A stretch of DNA of 64,000 nt from an uncultured Gammaproteobacteria bacterium (GTDB lineage Bacteria > Pseudomonadota > Gammaproteobacteria > SG8-11): contig CAZZJI010000004.1 of the NCBI GenBank assembly GCA_964654485.1, forward strand, positions 1,104-65,103, written 5' to 3'. A program made the position numbers and the translations under genes. Below the pieces are notes generated by a model. It saw only the letters and a program-made list of their open reading frames with translations, was not told the origin of the DNA and did not search any database. This document shows, one piece after another, positions 10,958-20,664 of this stretch (the first letter of the stretch is position 1; each line of letters opens with the position of its first letter).

Positions 10958-10964
10958 CAACATC

Positions 10965-12083
10965 ATGTCCAAATATTACTTGGGTCTCATGTCCGGCACC
11001 AGCATCGACGCAATCGATGCCGCTGTAGTCGATTTAGGTCAACGTACTGCGACGATCATTCATACACATTCACACCCCTATGCAAATGAAATCCGTGAAA
11101 AGATATTGGCATTGTGTCAGACCGGGCAAAATGAAATAGAACGAATGGGGCAACTCGATATGCAAGTGGGCCACGCGTTCGCTAATGCGGCCCGCACCTT
11201 GTTATCGAAAGCGAATATAGCCGCAACCGACATTATTGCAATAGGCAGTCACGGACAAACCATCAGGCATTTACCTAATGCAAACAATCCATTCAGTTTA
11301 CAGATTGGCAACCCGTCCACAATCGCATTACAAACCGGCATTACCACTGTTGCTGACTTTCGTAATGCGGACATCGCTGCGGGCGGCCAGGGTGCGCCGC
11401 TGGTACCCGCATTTCATCACCACGTTTTTGGTTCAAGCGGCGTTAATCGGGTCATACTTAACATTGGCGGCATCGCCAACCTAACGATTCTGGACGCAAA
11501 AGAACCACACCAGGTTTCTGGTTTTGATACGGGTCCGGGCAACATTTTAATGGATGCATGGACACAGGAATACTTCAATCTATCGTTCGATGATGATGGT
11601 GAACTCGCGCATCGAGGAACCGTTAATAGCGGCCTGTTAAAAATGTTGCTAACTGATCCCTATTTCACAGAACCTCCACCTAAGAGTACCGGGCGAGAAT
11701 ATTTTAATATGAATTGGCTTACTGATTATCTAGGAAATCTAAATAAACCATTCGAGCCAATTGATATCCTGTCAACACTTAACCAATTGACCGTCTCAAC
11801 AATCATTGCTGATGTAAATAAGTACGCCGCCGATACCACCGAGTTACTTGTCTGTGGCGGCGGCGCAAAAAACAAAACACTAATGAACAAATTGGCGTCC
11901 GAATTGAACAACTGTAATGTAGCAACAACTGAAAAATACGGTCTTGATCCCGATTGGGTCGAAGCAGCAGCATTCGCCTGGCTGGCAAAAATGGCCGTGG
12001 ATGGTAACCCGGGAAATATTCCTGCTGTTACAGGTGCGAAACGCAGTATCGTTTTGGGGGGGATATATAAAGGTAGTGGTTAA
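10965..12083 (+). CDS. anmK: Anhydro-N-acetylmuramic acid kinase
   Basis: 372 aa. The N-terminus YLGLMSGTSIDAIDAA and the overall length are typical of AnmK. The stop of the M23 gene and this start are 8 nt apart. Confidence 0.9.
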   Translation: MSKYYLGLMSGTSIDAIDAAVVDLGQRTATIIHTHSHPYANEIREKILALCQTGQNEIERMGQLDMQVGHAFANAARTLLSKANIAATDIIAIGSHGQTIRHLPNANNPFSLQIGNPSTIALQTGITTVADFRNADIAAGGQGAPLVPAFHHHVFGSSGVNRVILNIGGIANLTILDAKEPHQVSGFDTGPGNILMDAWTQEYFNLSFDDDGELAHRGTVNSGLLKMLLTDPYFTEPPPKSTGREYFNMNWLTDYLGNLNKPFEPIDILSTLNQLTVSTIIADVNKYAADTTELLVCGGGAKNKTLMNKLASELNNCNVATTEKYGLDPDWVEAAAFAWLAKMAVDGNPGNIPAVTGAKRSIVLGGIYKGSG

Positions 12084-12116
12084 AAAATTAGATATCAGTA
12101 ACTTAACTTATGAAGT

Positions 12117-12506
12117 CTAGACAGAAAAAGACGAACCACAACCGCAGGTGGTAGTCGCATTTGGATTTTTAATAATAAATTGTGCACCTTCAAGATCTTC
12201 TTTGTAATCTATTTCAGCACCCATCAGATACTGAAAACTCATCGGGTCTATCAACAAGGTCACACCAACATTCTCAACCAGTGTATCGCCTTCACTGACT
12301 TTTTCATCAAAGGTGAATCCATACTGAAAACCGGAACAGCCGCCACCAGAAATAAATACACGTAACTTAAGATTATCGTTACCTTCCTCAGCGATGAGCT
12401 GTGCTACCTTATTTGCGGCATTATCAGTAAAAACAATGGTGCTTTCCGATTTCACAGTAGAACTAGCGGCAGAATTAACCGTTGGGTCAGTTACAGATTG
12501 GTTCAT
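12117..12506 (-). CDS. erpA: Iron-sulfur cluster insertion protein, ErpA/IscA family
   Basis: 129 aa with conserved cysteines in [12 protein letters not shown] and a C-terminal CGCGSSFSV. Confidence 0.85.
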   Translation of the reverse strand: MNQSVTDPTVNSAASSTVKSESTIVFTDNAANKVAQLIAEEGNDNLKLRVFISGGGCSGFQYGFTFDEKVSEGDTLVENVGVTLLIDPMSFQYLMGAEIDYKEDLEGAQFIIKNPNATTTCGCGSSFSV

Positions 12507-12728
12507 TTCTATTTACCTCATTAAAACTAATCTATCGCGTGCTTGACTCTATTTTAAGCTACAAAGTAACTTGATTAAAGCTCTCTCCTCGATAACTTTC
12601 CTATAGACAACAAAATTATCCTATTCCAAAGCAAAATAGTCAAGAATTGCCACGAATTAATAGCCCGAATAATCGAAAATTAATCTATGTCGGGCCAGCA
12701 AATAACTAAAAGAATGCCGTTTGTTTTT

Positions 12729-13178
12729 TTACTTTTGCGTTGCTTGATCCAGCATTATTGGTATCGCGACGTCTGCGACATTATCGGAACTATTATCAGA
12801 CGTAGCAAACGCTTCTGTGTCAATTTGATGAACCAGATTGCCATTCACCTCCGATCCCATGGCCATTTCTATCAAATTGTAATAAACATTGCCTGTCACC
12901 CGGGCATTCGGTGCCAACTCAACACGCTCCAACGCGTAAACATTGCCAATAACAGTACCATTTAAAATAATGTAAGAGACACGTACATCACCTTCCACCA
13001 CGCCCTGTTCACTCACCGATAACATGGACATATCATCCGAATCAGCAATCACATTCCCTTTGACGACACCATCGATATGTAAACCGCCACTGTAGTTGAC
13101 ATCGCCAACCACTTCAGTATTACTGCCTACCAAAGAATCAATTTTGGTATTTTTACGTTTACCGCTACTTTTAAACAT
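12729..13178 (-). CDS. Bactofilin-family polymer-forming cytoskeletal protein
   Basis: 149 aa of repetitive beta-helical bactofilin-type sequence (GDVNYSGGLHIDGVVKGNVIADS...VEGDVRVSYIILNGTVIGNVYA...VTGNVYYN). Confidence 0.75.
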   Translation of the reverse strand: MFKSSGKRKNTKIDSLVGSNTEVVGDVNYSGGLHIDGVVKGNVIADSDDMSMLSVSEQGVVEGDVRVSYIILNGTVIGNVYALERVELAPNARVTGNVYYNLIEMAMGSEVNGNLVHQIDTEAFATSDNSSDNVADVAIPIMLDQATQK

Positions 13179-13190
13179 ATCAATAACACC

Positions 13191-13934
13191 TCATTTCAAA
13201 ATCGCTGTCCAATCATACGCTTTCTCGATCTTGGTTAATTTTTTACCGACGGGCTTCACTTCCAGAAAAACCCGTGTTGGTAGAAATCCGTCCGGAAAAA
13301 CAACATTTCCGACAATTGTTTGGAAATATTTAAACTTCAAATCCAAATTTAGCTTAGCACCACCTGAAGCTTGCTTAATCGAAATTTTCTGCAATTTCCC
13401 CGCATTGACACCTTCAAACGCCAGTTCGATTTTACCTCTGACAACCCGTTGATTTTTCATAACCTGTGTTAACACAAGTTTAAACTGGTAAACGCCCTCT
13501 CGCGGTGTTTCCTCAATATTAAAACTTTGGATATTTAATCCACCAGCCGACTCACGTGAAGAAACAATTCCTCTATAAAACGCAACTTCCTCTTTTAACT
13601 CAAGTATTTCCTGCTGAAGCTCCTGTAACCGGGTATCAACTTCGGCGTAAGCACCACTTTCTACCTGGCGCGAGCGCTCTAACATTGCGACCTGTTCCTT
13701 TAAATTGTCATTATCGCCTTTCAGTTCATCGCGCCGCTCGGTCAGCTGCGCAATTTCTTTGCCAAGATCGACATTGCTGTAACCCGCCTGAACCAGACCA
13801 AAACTATACAAAATCCAACTAATTCCAAATGCAATCGCACCATAAGCAATAACCAAAAACCATGTTTTTGCCGGTTGATGTTGCTTTATGATGAGTTGTG
13901 TAGATCTCTTCGACATCTGACGTGGTGCGTTCAA
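13191..13934 (-). CDS. Membrane-anchored coiled-coil protein of unknown function (single TM, coiled coil, C-terminal beta domain)
   Basis: 247 aa. It has a hydrophobic TM helix (WFLVIAYGAIAFGISWILYSF) and a heptad-rich segment (LKEQVAMLERSRQ...LQELQQEILELKEEV). Confidence 0.5.
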   Translation of the reverse strand: MNAPRQMSKRSTQLIIKQHQPAKTWFLVIAYGAIAFGISWILYSFGLVQAGYSNVDLGKEIAQLTERRDELKGDNDNLKEQVAMLERSRQVESGAYAEVDTRLQELQQEILELKEEVAFYRGIVSSRESAGGLNIQSFNIEETPREGVYQFKLVLTQVMKNQRVVRGKIELAFEGVNAGKLQKISIKQASGGAKLNLDLKFKYFQTIVGNVVFPDGFLPTRVFLEVKPVGKKLTKIEKAYDWTAILK

Positions 13935-14054
13935 TATTTCACTTCAAAACAAAAAATTTGGAGCAGGGCGATATAATTAATCATCGGCATATGGATACAT
14001 TACTTTAAAAGAGTTTTTCACTTTTTCACAAGACCAGCTAATTACAATACAACC

Positions 14055-14077
14055 TAGTACACCGTCAAGGCTATTTA
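14055..14077. repeat. Half-copy of the 2467-2503 palindromic element (23 nt identical to its left arm plus loop). The right arm is degenerate.
   Basis: ctagtacaccgtcaaggctattt is identical to 2467-2489. It lies immediately downstream of the argC stop. Confidence 0.75.
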
Positions 14078-14087
14078 GGACAACGCT

Positions 14088-15134
14088 TTATGGCAACACG
14101 GGCACATACACCAAGCCGGCTGATTCATCCAGACCAAACATAATGTTGAAATTTTGTACTGCTTGTCCGGCGGCGCCCTTCATCAAATTATCTATAACGG
14201 ACAAAACCACAACAACTTTACTGTTTTGAGGCTGGTGTACCGCCAGTCGACAAACGTTGGCACCACTGACACTGCGTGTCTCCGGATGCGCGCCTTGCGG
14301 CATAACATCGACAAATACCGCATTTTTATAGTAGTTTTCAAACAACGCCTGTAAATCCACCCCCTCTTTGATCAACGGTGCATAGAGTGTCGCGTACATT
14401 CCCCTGATCATGGGCGTTAAATGTGGAACAAAAGTCAGATTAAGCGCCTTTCCTGAAGCCGCGATTAATCCTTGGCGTATCTCTGGCAGGTGACGATGCC
14501 CATCAACCCCATAGGCTTTGAAATTTTCTTGTGTTTCACAAAACAACATATCCACCGTTGCCTTCCGGCCAGCACCGCTGACACCCGACTTAGTATCTGC
14601 GATAAGGTTGGATAAGTCGATAAGATCATGCTCGATCAACGGCATAAAACCAAGCTGCACCGCCGTCGGATAACAACCTGGGTTAGCAATCAGTTTAGCC
14701 GTTTTTATCGCATCACGATTGATTTCGGATAAGCCGTAAACCGCTTCTTCCAATAATTCAGGGCAGGCGTGCGCCATGCCATACCACTTTTCCCACTCAG
14801 TTTTGTCCTTGATCCTGAAATCAGCGGCAAGATCAATGACTTTGACACCAGTTCGCAACAATTGCGGCACCATTTTCATCGCCGTCCCGTTTGGGGTAGC
14901 AAAAAAAACGGCATCACAAGCGCTTAAAACAGCGGGATCGGGTTTACTGTATTGAATATCGAGATGCCCCCGAAGATTCGGAAACAACTCTGCTACAAAT
15001 CTACCTGACTCTGACCTGGACGTCACAATCTCGATCTTCACGTCGGGGTGAGTAACAAGCAATCGAAGTAATTCAACGCCGGTATAACCTGTCGCGCCGA
15101 CTATGCCTACTTTAATCATAAGAATTATTACCAA
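14088..15134 (-). CDS. argC: N-acetyl-gamma-glutamyl-phosphate reductase
   Basis: 348 aa. The NAD-binding N-terminus is [18 protein letters not shown]. The catalytic Cys is in the NPGCYPT context. Confidence 0.9.
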   Translation of the reverse strand: MVIILMIKVGIVGATGYTGVELLRLLVTHPDVKIEIVTSRSESGRFVAELFPNLRGHLDIQYSKPDPAVLSACDAVFFATPNGTAMKMVPQLLRTGVKVIDLAADFRIKDKTEWEKWYGMAHACPELLEEAVYGLSEINRDAIKTAKLIANPGCYPTAVQLGFMPLIEHDLIDLSNLIADTKSGVSGAGRKATVDMLFCETQENFKAYGVDGHRHLPEIRQGLIAASGKALNLTFVPHLTPMIRGMYATLYAPLIKEGVDLQALFENYYKNAVFVDVMPQGAHPETRSVSGANVCRLAVHQPQNSKVVVVLSVIDNLMKGAAGQAVQNFNIMFGLDESAGLVYVPVLP

Positions 15135-15237
15135 TAATTTGTTGCCGGAGAATCTCTGATGTTAAGGATTATTCGGCAATAAATGAAGCAAAAAAACAAA
15201 ACCTTCAAGATCCTAGGCTCTTTCGATTAAAAAATCT

Positions 15238-16104
15238 TTATTGAATGTGAGTAGATTGTTTCTCATTTTGTAACTGCTCATCATTTTGACGTTTTTCATT
15301 GTGAATGAAGGCTTTCATTACATACTTAACAATAGCCTGAATCTGCTCTTCATTTAATACCGATTTCCACGCAGACATCGTCGTACCGGGCAACCCATCC
15401 CGAATGACCTGGGTTAATTGTTCCACAGTGACTGATTTCATGCTGACTGAGGTTAAATCTCTCGGGTGGGCATCTAAAAAACTGCCAATCCAGTTTTTAC
15501 CGGTACCATCTGCGCTATGGCAAAATGCACAATTTTGTTGAAACAATCGTTCGCCTTGTTTTTCCTGCTCGCTTAACGACGCTATTACCGGTGCAATTTC
15601 ATGCACGGAATACGGCGTCGCGCCAGACTTTGCATCCACTTTCCTTGGCGCTTTATGAGAATAATTATTCCGCGGATAAGACAAGGGTCTGGATTCCCAA
15701 ACGGCACCCTCGGACTCGACACGCGCTCTATCATGACACGTCACACAGGCAGACATAAAAAGCCGTTTTCCTTTCTGTTGCAGTGGCGTTAATTCGTCCC
15801 AGGGCCTATCCAATGGCACCTCATTCAGGGCAAAGGGAAACGCGACTGCATATTGTTCATGGTTTTCCCAGCCGTTTTCTATTGTATGGTACGTCGTGTT
15901 GATTTTTTTATCCGTCATAAATTCCTGCCGGACAAAATCCACCACGGCTTCAATTTCCTTCGCATTCAAAATACTGCTGAATCCCTTCATCGCAGTATCA
16001 GATTTACCTTGGCTTACCGCAATAATCATAGCATCGCGCTTAAGCTGATCAGGTGACGTGAGCGTAAAATCACGCGGCGGCGGCGACACAAAGGAACTTG
16101 CCAA
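15238..16104 (-). CDS. Class I c-type cytochrome. The annotated TTG start lies after the first heme motif. The real product is probably diheme and may be fused to the upstream gene by a frameshift (see findings).
   Basis: CVTCH and CAFCH occur inside the annotated ORF. A further in-frame CYFCHG is encoded at 16129-16143, upstream of the TTG at 16102-16104, in an open frame (16104-16323) with no canonical start codon and no signal peptide. Confidence 0.65.
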   Translation of the reverse strand: MASSFVSPPPRDFTLTSPDQLKRDAMIIAVSQGKSDTAMKGFSSILNAKEIEAVVDFVRQEFMTDKKINTTYHTIENGWENHEQYAVAFPFALNEVPLDRPWDELTPLQQKGKRLFMSACVTCHDRARVESEGAVWESRPLSYPRNNYSHKAPRKVDAKSGATPYSVHEIAPVIASLSEQEKQGERLFQQNCAFCHSADGTGKNWIGSFLDAHPRDLTSVSMKSVTVEQLTQVIRDGLPGTTMSAWKSVLNEEQIQAIVKYVMKAFIHNEKRQNDEQLQNEKQSTHIQ

Positions 16105-16268
16105 TGTTTTGGCATTTCCAGAATAGCCATGGCAAAAATAACAGCGAAAATTATAAATTTTACGCCCTAATTCGTGATTTGAAAGCGATTGCGGCTGGCT
16201 TTTTGTTGGGCTTGTTTTTATTTTCTGAACAGTATTAGCAGCGTGAATAATGTGAGTCGTTGTTGTAG

Positions 16269-17723
16269 TTACTTCGTTTGATTGACCACTGGCTCTGTTA
16301 CTTTTTTTTTCTCCTCTTTGTTCTCATTGTTCTCATTGTTCTCAGCAATATTCTCAGCGTTCTTTTCTTCACTTTTTTCTTCAATTTTGGCAACGTTGAC
16401 GCCATCATTCACATTAGTAAGCTCTGAGGTTTTTTCTTTGTCAGCGTCTTTGGACGCATCTTTGGAATCACTCTCGGGTTGAATGAATGTTTTAAATACA
16501 AACTCAGTCACATCGGCAATTTGTTGCTCATTTAACACTTTATCCCAAGCCGGCATCACCGTCCCTATTTTGCCTTTTTGTATAGAATCAAACAAACGCG
16601 GTCGATTAAATATTTGGCGAGAAGCGTCACTGGTAAAATTTCTGGGGCGCGGTATAATAAAATGCGATCGGGGTCCTTTTCCATCACCCTTGGTGCCGTG
16701 GCAGACGTGACAATTAGTCAAAAAGAAACCCTCGCCTTTAGAAAAATCACCCCTCAGACCGTTGGGCATGACAGCATCCATATCCACAGCGGCATGCTGC
16801 TGGTCTGGCGTTACTTCTGGCGCAGCGGACTTGGGTGCCGCCGCCGTTGCAGCCGATTTGCTTAGTTCTTTTTCAGGCGCACTTTGTTGTTTTGCGGCAG
16901 CTTCAGCTACGTTATTAGCAACATTAGTACCACTATTATTCGCACCGCCACTATCAGCGATTTGCATGAACGCAGTGCGGATATAGGATACAACCGCTTC
17001 AATATCTGCAGCGGACAACCTGGACGAAAAGGACACCATGGCTGTGCCTGGGCGACCATTGGTAACTGAATCAATCATGCGTTGATGCGAAAGTTCAACT
17101 CTTGCATGTGGCGCAGTGAAGTCCCGCGGTGGCGGATTCAGACCACTTCGAGCCCAAACGGCAGTGGTACCTCTGTCACCATGGCAAGATGAGCAATTCT
17201 TTTCAAAAATTTCTCTACCTAATTCGTTTCCTTTGGTATCTACTGTTAACGCGTTGCCTGGCGGATTTTTCTCGCTACTGGCACTTTGCTCGCTGACGGC
17301 AGCCATTTCATTACTGGCTACTTCTGGCACTTGTGGAAATTTCATAAAATTGTCTCGTATATAATCTACGATCGATGCTATTTCATCGGTGCTCAACGTG
17401 CGTGTGTGTGCCACCATGGCGGTACCCGGCCGACCATTGACAACAGCATCAATCATGCGCTCGCGAGTTAACTCCTGCACTGCTTGTGCGTTGGTAAAAT
17501 CGCGTGGTGGCGGAATCATGCTTCTTACTACCCGTGTTTTGCCCTTGCCATCTTCACCATGGCAAATAGAACAGTATTTCTGAAAAAGCACCTCTGGCGA
17601 AGCCCCTTTTGCGGTTGCGGATGCAGTATTAGTCTCGCTTTGTGCTGCGAAACTGAAACTGGTGAAAACTAAACCTGAGATAAGCAGCAATAACAAGCAG
17701 ATTAATTTGAATTTGATCTTCAT
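16269..17723 (-). CDS. Triheme c-type cytochrome (three class I cytochrome c domains) with a signal peptide and an acidic low-complexity C-terminal tail
   Basis: 484 aa. The heme motifs are CSICHGEDGKG, CSSCHGDRGTT and CHVCHGTKGDG. Each is followed by a PPPRDFT...NGRPGTAM module. The tail is EEKSEEKNAENIAENNENNENKEEKKK. Confidence 0.8.
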   Translation of the reverse strand: MKIKFKLICLLLLLISGLVFTSFSFAAQSETNTASATAKGASPEVLFQKYCSICHGEDGKGKTRVVRSMIPPPRDFTNAQAVQELTRERMIDAVVNGRPGTAMVAHTRTLSTDEIASIVDYIRDNFMKFPQVPEVASNEMAAVSEQSASSEKNPPGNALTVDTKGNELGREIFEKNCSSCHGDRGTTAVWARSGLNPPPRDFTAPHARVELSHQRMIDSVTNGRPGTAMVSFSSRLSAADIEAVVSYIRTAFMQIADSGGANNSGTNVANNVAEAAAKQQSAPEKELSKSAATAAAPKSAAPEVTPDQQHAAVDMDAVMPNGLRGDFSKGEGFFLTNCHVCHGTKGDGKGPRSHFIIPRPRNFTSDASRQIFNRPRLFDSIQKGKIGTVMPAWDKVLNEQQIADVTEFVFKTFIQPESDSKDASKDADKEKTSELTNVNDGVNVAKIEEKSEEKNAENIAENNENNENKEEKKKVTEPVVNQTK

Positions 17724-18246
17724 AATTGACTAAACCATTGACTAAATTAAATTACATTTCGAAATAGAGTGATATTTTGAAATTAAAAGTTGAAAAATCA
17801 AGCCCTTAATGAACTGAACATAAAAATTCAGAAATTTCCAGGCACGCCGATATATACTATAAGGAAATACACTGAGAACGTGTTTAATACATTAATTACC
17901 TTCACCCGACAAATAGCGTGATTTTATTACACAAAATTATATCTAGATACAGAATTTTTCTGTTACAGTAGTTAAAGAGGGTGAAAATCAACCAAGTGGG
18001 TAAATTCAGCAAAATATAACTTGTATTAAAGAGTAAATTATATAAATCTATTATTTATTATAAGTTTACGCTAATTTAGCCTACCTCGATATGTATTATA
18101 CATATATTTATAAATAGGATTAATTGCTATAGGCACTATTTTTTAGCGTCTTTACGAATATATTTATCTCGTAGAATATTACAAATAGCATATTACAAAG
18201 TATATTAAAGAAGCATATAGCTAAAAACCACACAACTGGTGTTCAG
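17724..18246. promoter_or_regulatory. AT-rich, 523-bp divergent intergenic region between the triheme cytochrome gene (minus strand) and the pentaheme cytochrome gene (plus strand). Probable divergent promoters and operator sites.
   Basis: It is very AT-rich compared with its flanks. The direct repeat atattacaaa occurs twice (near 18175 and 18190), and there are many TATA-like stretches. No ORF of 60 aa or more is present. Confidence 0.4.
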
Positions 18247-19059
18247 ATGAAGGAATATAAGGTCAGTCAGCTGTTTTACACAGCAGTACCTGTGATCACC
18301 CTCCTCCTTATCGGGGGGATCTGGGCATCCACAACATTTGCTGAAACAATCATTGGTGATCCAGTATTAGGCGCCAACGACCCTATTCTCGGCTCCAAGC
18401 ATGATTTTACAGGCCTCAACGAACGTGCCGGGGTCGCTGCAATGGCAGGCGTCGCATTTTCTGATTATGGCTATTCCTGCGTCTATTGCCACATACCACC
18501 TGAAGAAACCGGCGCAAATCCCGCTGATTTTGGCGGTATAACGGACTGGAACCGATTCGAACCCGCGACTGAAAACTACAAACTCTATCGAAGCCAGACG
18601 CTTGATTCGATTACTGGCAAACCCAACCCAATCAGCATGTTATGCTTGTCATGTCACGATGGCACAATGGCGGTCGATATGGTGGTTTTCAAACCCGCCA
18701 CATTTGATAGCGCCGCTGATGAAGCAATGCATATGAAACTCAATAACACTGACAATATAGAAAACTGTGGCAAATGCCATAATGGTCAAATAGCCCACGA
18801 TATTTCAGCTAAAGTAATTGGCACCGATTTAAACAATGACCACCCGATCTCGATGCGTTATGCTGGCCTGGATACAGGGCGCGGCATCCTGGATGTAGAC
18901 TTCAGACCCCCTGATCACGCGGCTGGATTTGATAATGGTGTTAAACTTTATAATGGTAATGTAGAATGCGCCACATGCCACAATGTACACAACCCAACAA
19001 ACGAGTTGCTATTACGAACCGAAGCCGAAACACTGTGCTTTACTTGCCATCTGAAGTGA
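18247..19059 (+). CDS. Pentaheme c-type cytochrome of the doubled-CXXCH type, secreted
   Basis: 270 aa with a signal peptide. The heme motifs are CVYCH, CLSCH, CGKCH, CATCH and CFTCH. It is a paralog of the 20665-21723 gene and shares the HNF...CVYCH.P and TCLSCHDGT signatures. Confidence 0.85.
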   Translation: MKEYKVSQLFYTAVPVITLLLIGGIWASTTFAETIIGDPVLGANDPILGSKHDFTGLNERAGVAAMAGVAFSDYGYSCVYCHIPPEETGANPADFGGITDWNRFEPATENYKLYRSQTLDSITGKPNPISMLCLSCHDGTMAVDMVVFKPATFDSAADEAMHMKLNNTDNIENCGKCHNGQIAHDISAKVIGTDLNNDHPISMRYAGLDTGRGILDVDFRPPDHAAGFDNGVKLYNGNVECATCHNVHNPTNELLLRTEAETLCFTCHLK

Positions 19060-19112
19060 CTTGTAATTCCAACTTGTAATTTCAAATATAAAAAATCAGT
19101 AAGAACCATAAG

Positions 19113-20225
19113 ATGATGAGACGCATTGCACCTGTATTGCCAGTATTTTTTGTAATCATTTTTGTCGCCACATCGCTCTCTGGATGCGGCGGCAGTCGAT
19201 CAGCACGTGAGTTCGTCCCCCCTGTCTATCCTGCTCCACCGGAAAAACCTCGATTTGTTTATGAACGTACTTTTCGTTCAAGCCTTGATGTAAAGGAAAT
19301 AACCGGAATGGATCGTTTTAAACAAGCGGTCACTGGCACAATGAGTTCAGGCCGGGGAATAGCGAAACCGTATGGTATTGCGGTATATCAGGGGCGCGTT
19401 TACGTCACCGACACCGTATCTCGCGCAATACTAATGTTTGACGTCCCGGGTAAGGATTTTAAGGCAATCGGCGTAGAGGGTCCGGGTACAATTACTAAAC
19501 CCATCGGCATTACCGTCTCTAACCAGGGTGAATTATATGTTGCTGACCATACCTCGAAAAGAATCATGGTTTATAACAAAGACGGTGATTTTTTGCGTGC
19601 CATTGGTGGCAGTGAGTATATGCGAAAACCTTCTGGCGTTGCGGTGAGTCCTGATGGCAGTCGACTCTATGTCATTGACACTGGCGGCGTGGATAACCGC
19701 GAAAACCACCGTATGACTATATGGGATGCGCAAACAGGTACCCTTATTAAATCCGTGGGTAGTCGGGGTACCGAGCCTGGGAATTTTAATTTACCACTAC
19801 AAGCCTCGGTCGCACCAGATGGTACCGTCTATGTCGTCGATGGCGGCAATTTTCGGGTACAGGCGTTTACCGCTGATGGTGATTACCTCAAAAGTATTGG
19901 CACAATAGGTCGGCGCGGGGGCCAGTTTTCCCGACCTAAAGGTATCGGAACGGATCCGCAGGGTAATATTTATGTTGTTGATACCGCATTTGGTAACACA
20001 CAAATTTTCAGCCCAGATGGCGAATTTCTCATGTGGGTAGGCAACCGCGGTAACAGCGGGCGACCTGGCGAATATATGTTACCTGCGGGTGTCACCGTTG
20101 ATGAAGACGGCCGAATTTACATGGTCGATCAATTCTTTAAAAAGGTCGATGTCTATCGACCTTACGAACTCAAGGAAAATGAAGGCTGGTTATCCAGTAT
20201 ACGAAAAGAGAAAAAAGAAAAATAA
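19113..20225 (+). CDS. NHL-repeat six-bladed beta-propeller lipoprotein
   Basis: 370 aa. The lipobox is SLSGCGG. Six blades end in YV.D-type strands (YVTDTVSRAILMFD, YVADHTSKRIMVYN, YVIDTGG, YVVDGGNFRVQAF, YVVDTAFGNTQIF, YMVDQFFKKVDVY). Confidence 0.85.
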   Translation: MMRRIAPVLPVFFVIIFVATSLSGCGGSRSAREFVPPVYPAPPEKPRFVYERTFRSSLDVKEITGMDRFKQAVTGTMSSGRGIAKPYGIAVYQGRVYVTDTVSRAILMFDVPGKDFKAIGVEGPGTITKPIGITVSNQGELYVADHTSKRIMVYNKDGDFLRAIGGSEYMRKPSGVAVSPDGSRLYVIDTGGVDNRENHRMTIWDAQTGTLIKSVGSRGTEPGNFNLPLQASVAPDGTVYVVDGGNFRVQAFTADGDYLKSIGTIGRRGGQFSRPKGIGTDPQGNIYVVDTAFGNTQIFSPDGEFLMWVGNRGNSGRPGEYMLPAGVTVDEDGRIYMVDQFFKKVDVYRPYELKENEGWLSSIRKEKKEK

Positions 20226-20400
20226 TAATATCTTTGTATTAAAGTCCACTATTGCGGCCATTTAAAATTCCGCAGCAATTCCGCTAATAAGCTTCAACTG
20301 CCTAATAAATACTCAAAAAATAGTATTAAAAACAACCACCTAGTTACTTAAAAATTTGACACGGACTCAGTAATTGGGTACTTTATTCCAATATGCTTAT

Positions 20401-20530
20401 GTAGTAATTAGATAGAATTAATTACTACATGAACATGAGCAATTGTAAGAAATTTAATTAAGTCTCATTTGCATGGCTAGGAAGCCCGACGTATTACCTT
20501 ATCTAATTACTAACACTAGACTAGATAAGG
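20401..20530. promoter_or_regulatory. Cluster of AT-rich palindromes upstream of the pentaheme cytochrome gene at 20665; candidate operator sites
   Basis: The inverted repeat gtagtaatta (8-nt spacer) taattactac lies at 20401-20428. A second inverted repeat, ccttatcta (16-nt spacer) tagataagg, lies at 20497-20530. TAATTA motifs recur. Confidence 0.4.
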
Positions 20531-20664
20531 GTTAGATCATTAATTAGCAAACACAAGTCAGTAGCTGGTAATGATTTATAAAAAGATACGGATTGCCCCA
20601 TTTGTAAGGCCAGGTTTGTCAAATAAGAGCCACAGTTTTAGCTATTAAGGAAGAAGGGGGTAGT

